DNA of 64,000 nucleotides, taken from the NCBI GenBank assembly GCA_046290225.1, contig JBKAGE010000037.1, positions 160,001-224,000 of the forward strand. Reading direction: 5' to 3'. Position numbers and translations under genes: made by a program. The notes under the pieces are model-generated. The model searched no databases. It was not told the origin of the DNA and saw nothing but the letters and a program-made list of their open reading frames with translations. Source of the stretch: Bradymonadia bacterium (GTDB lineage Bacteria > Myxococcota_A > Bradymonadia > UBA7976 > UBA1532). Positions 20,233-29,280 of this stretch are shown piece after piece. Position 1 is the stretch's first letter. Every line of letters begins with the position of its first letter.

Positions 20233-21429
20233 ATGAGCAAGCCCCTCAGCACCGACATCGTCTTCCTCGCCGCCAAGCGCACCGCCTTCGGCACCTTCAA
20301 CGGCGCCCTGAGCAAGTACAGCGCCACCGATCTCGGCGTGCACGCCGCCAAGGCAGCTCTGGAGCAGAGCGGTGTGCCCGCTGAAGATGTGGGCCACGTG
20401 GTCTTCGGCAACGTGCTGCAGACCAGCCGCGACGCCATCTACCTCGCCCGGCACATCGGCCTGAAGGCCGGCCTGCCTCAGGAGGTGCCCGCTGTCACCG
20501 TGAACCGCCTGTGCGGCTCCGGCTTCGAGGCCATCACCCAGGGCGCCCTGATGCTGCTCAACGGCGACGCCGAGGTCGTGCTCTGCGGCGGCACCGAGTC
20601 CATGACCCAGGCCCCCATGGTGGTCCGGGGCACCCGCGGTGGCATCCGGTTCGGCGCCAACATGGAGTTCGAAGACACCCTGTGGTCCTGCCTGACCGAC
20701 ACCCACACCGGGCTGCCCATGGCCATGACCGCAGAGAACCTCGCCGAGCAGTACGACGTGAGCCGCGAGGCCTGCGACGAGTACGGCCTGCGCAGCCAGC
20801 AGGCTTGGGCCCACGCCCAGGAGCAGGGCTGGTTCAAGGACGAGATCGCCCCCATCGAGATGAAGACCCGCAAGGGCGTGGTGAGCTTCGACACCGACGA
20901 GCACCCCCGGCCTCAGACCACCGGCGAGGGCCTCGCCAAGCTGCGCCCGGTCTTCAAGAAGGACGGCACGGTCACCGCCGGCAACGCCAGCGGCATCTGC
21001 GACGGCGCCGCGGCCCTGGTCATCGCCACCGCGGAGTACGCCGAGCGCAAGGGTCTCAAGCCCCTCGCCCGCCTCGTGCAGTGGGGCGTCTCGGGCTGTG
21101 ATCCGAACATCATGGGCATCGGCCCCGTGCCCGCCGCCAAGAAGGCCCTGGAGCGCGCCGGCCTCGGCATGGGCGACATGGACGTCATCGAGGTGAACGA
21201 GGCCTTCGCGCCCCAGTACATCGCTGTGGAGAAGGCCCTGGAGCTGCCCCGGGAGAAGACCAACGTGAACGGTGGCGCCATCGCCCTCGGTCACCCCCTC
21301 GCCGCCAGCGGCGCCCGCATCACCGGCCACCTGCTCTACGAGCTCAAGCGCCGGGGCGGCAAGTACGCCCTGGGCAGCGCCTGCATCGGCGGCGGTCAGG
21401 GCATCGCCGTGATCGTGGAGGCCCTCTGA
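20233..21429 (+). CDS. Acetyl-CoA C-acyltransferase (thiolase)
   Basis: NRLCGSG, NEAFA, GHPLAASG and CIGGGQG; strong codon bias. Confidence 0.96.
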   Translation: MSKPLSTDIVFLAAKRTAFGTFNGALSKYSATDLGVHAAKAALEQSGVPAEDVGHVVFGNVLQTSRDAIYLARHIGLKAGLPQEVPAVTVNRLCGSGFEAITQGALMLLNGDAEVVLCGGTESMTQAPMVVRGTRGGIRFGANMEFEDTLWSCLTDTHTGLPMAMTAENLAEQYDVSREACDEYGLRSQQAWAHAQEQGWFKDEIAPIEMKTRKGVVSFDTDEHPRPQTTGEGLAKLRPVFKKDGTVTAGNASGICDGAAALVIATAEYAERKGLKPLARLVQWGVSGCDPNIMGIGPVPAAKKALERAGLGMGDMDVIEVNEAFAPQYIAVEKALELPREKTNVNGGAIALGHPLAASGARITGHLLYELKRRGGKYALGSACIGGGQGIAVIVEAL

Positions 21430-21430
21430 G

Positions 21431-22690
21431 ATGAGCGGCGCGCACCCCGAGGCTGATCAGGATCAGCTGGTCTACGACTGGAACGTCCGCCGGCGCCGGA
21501 CCGCCCTCGCGAAGCAAGAGGTGGTCTTCTTCGACGAGACGCTCCGCGATGGGATCCAGGGGCCCTCGATCATCGATCCCCCCATCGAAGCCAAGAAGGA
21601 GATCCTGGCGCTCACCAACGCCCTCGGGGTGCAATGGGCCGACATCGGCCTGCCCGGCGCGGGCCCCCGAGCCCGGAGCGACGTAAAGGCGCTGGTGCAG
21701 TTCATCGAGTCGGAGAAGCTGTCGATTCAGCCCTCGGCCGCTGCGCGCACGCACATCAACGACATCCGCCCCATCGCCGAGATCAGCCAGGAGACGGGCC
21801 GGGCCATCGAGGTCATGGCTTTTCTGGGCACCAGCCCCATCCGGCAATACGCCGAGAGCTGGGATCTGGACCGCCTGCTGAAGCTCAGCGGCGAGGCCAT
21901 CGAGTTCGCCGTGAAGGAGAACCTGCCGATCTGCTTCGTCACCGAAGACACGATCCGCAGCCGACCGGAGACCCTGGCGAAGCTGTTCCTCAACGCCATC
22001 GACAAGGGCGTGAACCGCCTCTGTCTGTGCGACACCGTGGGCCACGCCTCACCCGATGGCGTGCGCAACCTGATCCAGTTCACCGCCAACCTCATCGACG
22101 GCACCGGCGCTGACGTGGGCATCGACTGGCACGGCCACAACGATCGCGGCCTCGGGGTGGCCAACACCATCTTCGCCCTGGAATACGGCGCGGACCGCCT
22201 GCACGGCACCGCCCTGGGCATCGGGGAGCGCATCGGCAACGCCGCCCTGGATCAGGTGCTGCTCAACCTCAAGCTCATGGGTGAGATCGACAATGATCTC
22301 ACCAAGCTCGAGGCCTGGTGTACTGCGGTGAGCACCCACATGGGCTGGGAGATCGCCCCAGACTACCCGCTCATGGGCCGAGACGCCTTCCGCACGGCCA
22401 CCGGCGTGCATGCCGCGGCGGTGGTCAAGGCGGAGCAGAAGGGCGACGCCTGGCTCGCTGATCGCATCTACTCGGGGGTGCCCGCGGGGCTCTTCGGGAA
22501 AGAGCAATCCATCGAGATCGGCCACATGAGCGGCAAGAGCAATGTGATCTACTGGCTGCGCAAGCGCGGCTACGAGCTCGACGAGGGGCTCGTGGATCAC
22601 ATCTTCGCCCACGCCAAGGCGGGGAACCAGACGCTCAGCGACGCTGAGGTGCTGGCCCTGATCGACGCCTGGAAGTCTCAACACAGCTGA
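21431..22690 (+). CDS. LeuA-family DRE-TIM synthase (2-isopropylmalate synthase-like) without the C-terminal regulatory domain
   Basis: DETLRDG, DTVG, HGHNDRG, GIGERIGN, GVHA and MSGKSN. Confidence 0.85.
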   Translation: MSGAHPEADQDQLVYDWNVRRRRTALAKQEVVFFDETLRDGIQGPSIIDPPIEAKKEILALTNALGVQWADIGLPGAGPRARSDVKALVQFIESEKLSIQPSAAARTHINDIRPIAEISQETGRAIEVMAFLGTSPIRQYAESWDLDRLLKLSGEAIEFAVKENLPICFVTEDTIRSRPETLAKLFLNAIDKGVNRLCLCDTVGHASPDGVRNLIQFTANLIDGTGADVGIDWHGHNDRGLGVANTIFALEYGADRLHGTALGIGERIGNAALDQVLLNLKLMGEIDNDLTKLEAWCTAVSTHMGWEIAPDYPLMGRDAFRTATGVHAAAVVKAEQKGDAWLADRIYSGVPAGLFGKEQSIEIGHMSGKSNVIYWLRKRGYELDEGLVDHIFAHAKAGNQTLSDAEVLALIDAWKSQHS

Positions 22691-22701
22691 GGCCAGAGTT
22701 G

Positions 22702-23071
22702 GAGCGGACGGCCGTGCTTGCGCACCGCCTGTAGCGGACGGTCATCGCCTAGCGGCGACAGCCTGTAGCGGACGCCTCGCCTTCGGCGAAAGCTGTAGCG
22801 GACGCCGAGTCTGCCTCCGGCAGCCTGAGCTGTAGCTTTCTAAGAGAGTTGAGGGGGCGTTGGCTCATCTACCGCGAACGCTGTGGGCCTCTGACGAACC
22901 AGTTCCGGCGTAAGCCCCAATCCGGGTCGAGAAGCCCACCACGCACACCATAACTCTCTAAAAAGCTACAGCTCAGGCTGCCGAAGGCAGACTCGGCGTC
23001 CGCTACAGCTCTGCAAGGCGAAGCCGCAGCAGGCGTCCGCTACAGACGGCGCGCAGCGCGGTCGTCCGCTC
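22702..23071. repeat. Large imperfect palindromic REP/BIME-like cluster built from CTGTAGCGGACG modules
   Basis: CTGTAGCGGACG at 22729, 22763 and 22793; reverse copies at 22997 and about 23035; 49-bp arms 22791-22839 and 22962-23010 with one mismatch. Confidence 0.85.
22844..22958. mobile_element. Putative 115-bp MITE with TAA target duplication
   Basis: TAA|GAGAGTT...AACTCTC|TAA; removing it restores a hairpin with a CTAA loop. Confidence 0.6.
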
Positions 23072-23122
23072 GAAAAGTCCCCCCACTCAGGCGCACTGTG
23101 GGGATGTAGCCTCAGTGCGCCT

Positions 23123-23722
23123 CTACCCTGCCTGTTTGGAGCCATAACGGTTCATCGTGCCCCTCGCCCCATCCCTCAACCCGCTGGGGCGATTCACCCA
23201 GACGATGAAGTCGGGCTCCGCAAAACTCACTCGATGATCGACGTGGTACCGATTGGCCACGTAGATCGCGTCTGCCGGCACCATCCCGCCGAGGGCCAGC
23301 AAGAACGTGTTGGGCAAGATGGTGCCCTCGTCTTCGATCCTGACGCTTGAGACGTCGTTCATGACATCGATGGTCTCCCGATCGATGTGGGGCTCGAACT
23401 GAACGAGGATCCGCCCATTGGGGATGTAGAGCGTCTCGTCGCCCACGGTGGCCCGTGAAGAGAAAACCGGTACATGATAGACGCCGGCGGGCAGGTCGAC
23501 GGTGTCGACCCGCACGCTGGAGCACCCCTCTGCCATGGGGATCAGCGCCATGTCGTAGTCCGGAAAATAGACAATGTCCTCGTGACTGCCGAAGCGCCCG
23601 TTGAGGCCGACATACGTCTCGAAATCCACCTGTCTCATGGCACTCACGCCGATGACCGCGATGAACTGAACGGACAGCTTCAAAGGCACTCGGGTCTCTC
23701 CGAGAAAGTAGTACTCGTACAT
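23123..23722 (-). CDS. Stand-alone protein resembling a subtilase N-terminal prodomain
   Basis: LYIPNGRILVQF..PNTFLL..AIYVANRY..VSFAEPDF resembles S8 propeptides; no catalytic domain follows; start uncertain (23722 or 23824). Confidence 0.55.
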   Translation of the reverse strand: MYEYYFLGETRVPLKLSVQFIAVIGVSAMRQVDFETYVGLNGRFGSHEDIVYFPDYDMALIPMAEGCSSVRVDTVDLPAGVYHVPVFSSRATVGDETLYIPNGRILVQFEPHIDRETIDVMNDVSSVRIEDEGTILPNTFLLALGGMVPADAIYVANRYHVDHRVSFAEPDFIVWVNRPSGLRDGARGTMNRYGSKQAG

Positions 23723-23920
23723 GTGGCATGACCTTGCGTTGGGTCTGGAGCGGCCTGCTCCAAGCAGTGACGATGCCGCGCTGACCACACCCTCCCAAAA
23801 GGCCGATGTGCTGACGAGGGACACAAGGGGGGGTCTTGTGTCGTTGCGTGGTCTTCCAAGGGGTGCTTAGACTGCGGGACCATCACATGCAGAAGCAGCA
23901 CACATTCGCAGGGAGGCGAG

Positions 23921-26542
23921 GTGATGACGGCGGGACGCGCGATCAAGCTGGTGACTCTGATCACCTTGAGTACGTTGCTGGGCACGGGCTGCCCGCCAAA
24001 AGGCGGGCGGGTCAAAGATGCCGGCGTCAGCAAAGACGCTGGTGGCAATGCTGACAATGACGGAGACAAGCGCCCCGACCCCGAAAACGAGCCTAAAAAA
24101 CGGCGTGAAGATCAGGGCAGGTTCGCCGAGCGTTTGTGCAGAGAAGACATGCTGGTGGTCGACGTACCCACCTTCATTCCCAACCTGTGGGTCAAGAACG
24201 GCCGCACGGTGGCCACCGCGCTCGTGCGTCAGGACGAAATCAGAAAGCTTCTCGAAGAAGAAGCGAACCAACGCCTGGAGCCCTGGTTTGGCGACCCCAC
24301 CGGGGCCAAACGCCGGATTCACGTCACGCTCGAACGCGTCTTTGCTGCGAACAGTTATTCTGGAGTGCCTCTCAACCAGCAGCCCGTGGCAGATCGAGCA
24401 GACCCAGTTCACCTGCGCCATCTGCGCTTTACCTTCACCAGCGACACACCCACCGGCAGGGCCCCGGAGAACCTCCGCCCCAGCGCTCAATGTGAGGCGC
24501 TGGCCACATTGCAGATCCTCCTCGATGATGCGATCGGCGCTGAAGACGCAGCACGCCTCTATGTGGCCCGTGCGTGTGACGCCAGCATCCAGCAGAGTGC
24601 GACTTTTGCCCCGGCCCCCCATGATGAATGGCACCTCACGGCCATGGGCATAGACCAATCTTCTGTTCGCATCACTGGCGCATCAGGAAGCCCGAGCGCT
24701 CATGTGGCCATCGTCGACACTTTGCCACCGCAAAAAGTCGTCAGCCTTCTCGGTGCTGAAAGTCCGGATGGTGTCGACGCCACGCCTGGCACCATGCACG
24801 GCGCCGCAATGGGGCTCTACGTCCGTCAGGTATCTCCCACAGCCAAGATCACCTTCTTCAAGGGCTTGTCTGGTGACGGGGCCTCTCCCATTGGGGATTT
24901 GGCCACAGCACTTCAACGCGTACACACGCGCTTCTCCGAAGCCTCCAGAGCACGGGCTCCATTGGTGGTCAACCTCAGCTTGGGCTGGAAAGCCGATGGG
25001 CGCGTCAGGACCAGCATCAAGGGCAGCTGGACTCAACGTCACCTCAGCTGGACGGATGGTCGTCAGATTCCCCGTGACTGTCAGATGTTGGAAGACCCAG
25101 TGGGTGAGTCGGTTCGATTGGCGCTCATCGGTCTGCGTCGACGAGGTCTCGAGGTCTCGACCCTGATCTATGCCGCCGCAGGGAACACGATCCTGTCACC
25201 GCCGATGAAGTACCCAGGCAAGGCCCCCACTGACGATCCTGTAGAGGCGCTGCCTGATCCATCTAATGTCAGAGCAGTACCTCCTGTATATGCCACCGAC
25301 GACTTGCTCTACCCCGCAAACTGGGCACGTCGTCTGACCGAGCTACGCCCTGGGGAGACACCGACGCCGCTGGTCGAGTCAGTGGGTCAGTCTGGTCCTC
25401 GCAATCCTGATCCAGATCACACGAACTTTCGTTTGGAGACGCCACTGGTAGCACCTGGAGTCTTTGTGCCGATCTCCTTGGGGGTGAACACCAGTCTCAC
25501 AGGGGTGACAACCTGGGCAGACATCGATCTGTGCACTGACAGATCCGGTGCTGTCGCAGGCCCCTTCCTGCCCCCTCATTACAGCGGAACTTCGGTGTCG
25601 ACGGCTTTCGCCAGCGGCACTGCAGCAGAGGCTCTCCGGGCACTTCAAGGTCGCCGAAGCTCAGGTACGCCACCCAGGGTGATTCGTCAGGATCAAATGA
25701 CTGCGCTGATGACCCATTCGGGCATTCCCTGCGGCCAGGTGAAAGGCCACTATCTGGCCCCTAACTTCTATGACATTCCCGATGTGCCCCAACTTGATGG
25801 CACGCCAAATCCGGCGGCCCATGAAAATGCTGCCGTAGCTCCAGTACGTACGGATGTACGTCGACAGCTCCACTTCAAGACCCTGATGACCCTGATTCAG
25901 CAACCGGTATGTATGCAAAGAGTTCTGGCCTGTACTTTCGAGAACCCTCGAAATCACCTTGGCCGCCTGAACTCCACATGTCTGACATCGGCGCTGAGTG
26001 CTTGTGATGTTCCACTGCGCAGGCGTGCTTGCGCAGGGTCAAAGCCCGTACTCGCGGGTACACGGCCAGAGTTGGAGTGTGCTGCGAATAAGCTGTTGTC
26101 GAGCGTGACTCCAGCGCCGCTGCCCAAACGAGCACCTGATCCCTTGGTGGCAGGCACTCTAGGGCCTCAACCAACGATATATCCATGCACTGGCCGCTGC
26201 AGTGTATTTACATTTTCTGCAGGTGGAGATCGGATGATGGACATCACATTCGAACTCAACCCTAAATGGGATGTGGCCCGTACAACTAGGGTAGAACTCC
26301 GGATTCTCGGAAATGGTGGCTTCCTTGCGGGACCAGCATATACGCTGAGCAACAATCCAACATCTGACCTCAGCCCAGGCAAATTACATATTGTTAAAGA
26401 CATCAAACTCGAAAATGATTCTGTAACAGAGTCGATGGATTTTCGACTTGTGTTCGAAGGTAAATCAGTCACTGGTCAACAGGTATCAATCAGCCAACCT
26501 TTGAGTGTTCATAAATCAACCCCTGGGTGGTCAACACCTTGA
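23921..26542 (+). CDS. S8 subtilisin-like serine protease lipoprotein
   Basis: GGAGG/GAGG RBS; lipobox GTGC; motifs in the expected order: VAIVDT (Asp), MHG (His), VNLSLG, AAAGN (oxyanion Asn), SGTS (Ser); Cys-rich C-terminal region. Confidence 0.85.
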   Translation: MMTAGRAIKLVTLITLSTLLGTGCPPKGGRVKDAGVSKDAGGNADNDGDKRPDPENEPKKRREDQGRFAERLCREDMLVVDVPTFIPNLWVKNGRTVATALVRQDEIRKLLEEEANQRLEPWFGDPTGAKRRIHVTLERVFAANSYSGVPLNQQPVADRADPVHLRHLRFTFTSDTPTGRAPENLRPSAQCEALATLQILLDDAIGAEDAARLYVARACDASIQQSATFAPAPHDEWHLTAMGIDQSSVRITGASGSPSAHVAIVDTLPPQKVVSLLGAESPDGVDATPGTMHGAAMGLYVRQVSPTAKITFFKGLSGDGASPIGDLATALQRVHTRFSEASRARAPLVVNLSLGWKADGRVRTSIKGSWTQRHLSWTDGRQIPRDCQMLEDPVGESVRLALIGLRRRGLEVSTLIYAAAGNTILSPPMKYPGKAPTDDPVEALPDPSNVRAVPPVYATDDLLYPANWARRLTELRPGETPTPLVESVGQSGPRNPDPDHTNFRLETPLVAPGVFVPISLGVNTSLTGVTTWADIDLCTDRSGAVAGPFLPPHYSGTSVSTAFASGTAAEALRALQGRRSSGTPPRVIRQDQMTALMTHSGIPCGQVKGHYLAPNFYDIPDVPQLDGTPNPAAHENAAVAPVRTDVRRQLHFKTLMTLIQQPVCMQRVLACTFENPRNHLGRLNSTCLTSALSACDVPLRRRACAGSKPVLAGTRPELECAANKLLSSVTPAPLPKRAPDPLVAGTLGPQPTIYPCTGRCSVFTFSAGGDRMMDITFELNPKWDVARTTRVELRILGNGGFLAGPAYTLSNNPTSDLSPGKLHIVKDIKLENDSVTESMDFRLVFEGKSVTGQQVSISQPLSVHKSTPGWSTP

Positions 26543-29277
26543 GCTTTCGGCTCCAACCTGCCCTCTCAATTCTGGTGTCATGCATACTCATGACATCCTG
26601 CACTCCAGTGCCCTCCTCATCAACCTCCTTGCTTGGGATTGAGGGTGAAACTGGTGTTCTGTCTACTCAGAACTCTTCGCTCATATATCTCTTTGATCAA
26701 GATCACAAAATCCACCTATCAACAAACTGTCCGGCTTCGAGTTACCTTACTCTTCGTACTGAACTCGGTCAGGACAAGCTTGAATTCAAAGACACCACTG
26801 CTCTAAACAACTATTTATCAAACCAGCCAAACGGTCGAGAGTTCACATTAAATTCCACATGCAACCAAAAAAAGTCTAAAGATTACAGAATCAGGCTCAT
26901 TCCAACGGTTGGCGAAATCTTGCCTATACAAGAAATCGATCAACTGCTCAAACAAGAGAAATGGGATGATGCGCACAGACTGCTGAACCAACGAAAGAGT
27001 ACATCAACGGACGCCTATTCAAGATCAGTCCTCATGATGGAGATTGCCCGAGTGTACTCTCGAAGATCTCCTGTGGAAGGCGTTCAGCATTGGATATCTG
27101 CTTCAAATTACAGTGAAGAGCAAGGTTACTTGAGTGATGCGAGCCAAGCTCTTAGAAATGCAGCGCATTACATACTCACCAATAGTCCAACGAAAGCCAA
27201 CTCACTCATTGACAAAGCAATTGGCATCGATAGCCGTTCAAACCGTCCACGAGAACTTGCTGAAGACTACTATTATAAAACCATCATCTGGCATTCGCTT
27301 CTGGTACCAAAGAAAGCTCTGAGCCACCTTCAAAAAGCGAAGACTGAGATGGCTCGGCTACAAGACAAGACCCTTGCTGCTGCTTTGAGTAGCGTCGAGA
27401 CAGGAATCTTAGAGCGTCTTGGCCAATATCGAGAAGCTGACTCAATCTACCGGTCCCAGCTGGAGGCTCCAGGAACCCAAGGTATTCTCAGGGGGATTAT
27501 TCTCAGCAACTTTGCATGGATGAGGACAGTCTCTCACGGCCAAGAACCACTGACTGACGTGGAGCAGGACTTCCAAACAGCTCTCTCACTCCTCAAACAG
27601 CACAATGCCCTACCCTCCGCCATCGCAGAAACTCACCTCGGCCGCGCGTGGCTCTACGTAAAACAGCGCAACTACTCCGCCGCGCTCGCCGACTGGACCG
27701 AAGCTCAGAAGCTCTCCAAAACCGAGAGCTGGCCCGGGTTCCGGTGGCTCGTGCGCGCTGAGATCGCGCGGGGCACGCGCGACTTTCCCAGCGCCCATCA
27801 GGCCTTTCAGAAAGCCATGGAGACCGCGCGGCTCACCGGTGCGCCCGCCTCCGACATCGGGTGGCGGGCCCTCTATGGAGTGGGCAGTCTGCACCTCGCC
27901 GAGGGGCAGCGGCGCAAGGCCATCGACACGTGGAAACAGGCCCTCGGCGAGCTCGATCTGACCACGCGACAGATCGGCGTCGACGCCATCGGCGGGTTCC
28001 TCGGCGATCGCCAGCACCTGACCCGTGATCTCATGGAAGTGCTCATCGAGGCTGGGCAGATCGACGAGGCCGTGCTCGTGGCCGATCGATCCCGGGCCCA
28101 CACGCTGCAGGCCCTCGACGCCCAGCATCGACTGGAGCGGCTCACCCCGGCGCAGATGGAGACGTGGTCCACGCACATTCAGAGCTACATGCAGCTTCGG
28201 AGCAGCTTCGACCCCACCGCCGAGAGCCACTGCCTCGAGGTCCCTCGCGACGAAGTGGCCGCCTGTGAGGCTAAACGCCAGCAGCGCACCAAAGCCCTCA
28301 CCGAGCACCTCGACGCGGCCTATGCCCTGCTCGACGAAGCCGCGGGCAGCGTGCACAGCGTCAGCCGCCTGTCCGAGATACAGCAGGCGTTGCGCCCGAA
28401 GGAAGCTCTGCTCGTCGTGGCCAGCGTCGAGCAGGAAGCACAGGGTCAGGCTCAATGGCGGAGCTTCTGGGTCACCCACAGCACCGTGGAAGCTGGCACC
28501 CCCTCACCCGATCCGGCTTCGCTGTGGTTGAGCCGACTGCCTGCCCTCGATCACCTCTTCCTCGTCGGTGATGCCCCCTCGGTCCGGGGCCTCTCGGCGC
28601 GCCTCGACACCGATGAACAACCCCTCGGCGCGAAGGTGCAGATGAGCGAGCTGCCCTTCGCGGGGCTGCTCACGCGACGCGACAAGCCCACCAACACCGG
28701 CGCGCCTCTGGTCATCGCCGACCCCACTCGGCAGTACCAGGGCGCCTTGCTCGCCGGGGACATCGCCGCGCGCCATGTCCCTGATGCCCGTCGCCTCGAT
28801 CGCGAAGCCGCCACCCGCGCCCCCGTGCTCGACGGCCTGACGGACGCCTCGGTGTTTCACTTCTCCGGCCACGCCGAGCAGAAATCGGGTGATCCGTGGA
28901 CCGGGGCGCTGCTCCTCGCCGGGCAGACCTCGCTCACCGCCAGCGATGTGTTGATCCATCGCCCGCAGGTGGGCCTCGCGGTGCTCGCCGCCTGTGGCAC
29001 CGGGGCCGGACACACCGTGAGTGGGGACGACACCCTCAGCCTCGCCGAGGCCTTCATCGCCGCGGGCAGCCAGACCGTGATCGCCACCGATCGGGCCATC
29101 GAGGCTGAGGCCGCGGAGCGGTTCGCCAAGGCGTTTTATGGTCACGGAGGCGCTCAGAAACCCGCAGAGGCCTTTCGCAAGACCCTGAGAGACTTGCACC
29201 GTCAGGGCGATCCACACTGGGCCCACTGGCGGTTGCTGGGCTTCCCCCACAGCGCCACCGCGGCGCCGAGGCGGTAG
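26527..29277 (+). CDS. TPR-CHAT (caspase-like clan CD) protease, possible lipoprotein
   Basis: Hydrophobic N-terminus ending LMTSC; TPR-like helices; ADRSRA; LVIADP; FHFSGHA (His); VLAACGTG (Cys); LAEAFIAAG; WAHWRLLG. Exact start uncertain. Confidence 0.88.
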   Translation: MVNTLSFRLQPALSILVSCILMTSCTPVPSSSTSLLGIEGETGVLSTQNSSLIYLFDQDHKIHLSTNCPASSYLTLRTELGQDKLEFKDTTALNNYLSNQPNGREFTLNSTCNQKKSKDYRIRLIPTVGEILPIQEIDQLLKQEKWDDAHRLLNQRKSTSTDAYSRSVLMMEIARVYSRRSPVEGVQHWISASNYSEEQGYLSDASQALRNAAHYILTNSPTKANSLIDKAIGIDSRSNRPRELAEDYYYKTIIWHSLLVPKKALSHLQKAKTEMARLQDKTLAAALSSVETGILERLGQYREADSIYRSQLEAPGTQGILRGIILSNFAWMRTVSHGQEPLTDVEQDFQTALSLLKQHNALPSAIAETHLGRAWLYVKQRNYSAALADWTEAQKLSKTESWPGFRWLVRAEIARGTRDFPSAHQAFQKAMETARLTGAPASDIGWRALYGVGSLHLAEGQRRKAIDTWKQALGELDLTTRQIGVDAIGGFLGDRQHLTRDLMEVLIEAGQIDEAVLVADRSRAHTLQALDAQHRLERLTPAQMETWSTHIQSYMQLRSSFDPTAESHCLEVPRDEVAACEAKRQQRTKALTEHLDAAYALLDEAAGSVHSVSRLSEIQQALRPKEALLVVASVEQEAQGQAQWRSFWVTHSTVEAGTPSPDPASLWLSRLPALDHLFLVGDAPSVRGLSARLDTDEQPLGAKVQMSELPFAGLLTRRDKPTNTGAPLVIADPTRQYQGALLAGDIAARHVPDARRLDREAATRAPVLDGLTDASVFHFSGHAEQKSGDPWTGALLLAGQTSLTASDVLIHRPQVGLAVLAACGTGAGHTVSGDDTLSLAEAFIAAGSQTVIATDRAIEAEAAERFAKAFYGHGGAQKPAEAFRKTLRDLHRQGDPHWAHWRLLGFPHSATAAPRR

Positions 29278-29280
29278 ACC

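Noticed and set aside
22702..23071. Possible CRISPR array (repeats with variable spacers)
   Set aside because: The repeat is only 12 bp, spacers are about 18-22 bp hairpins, orientation flips midway, and there are no cas genes.
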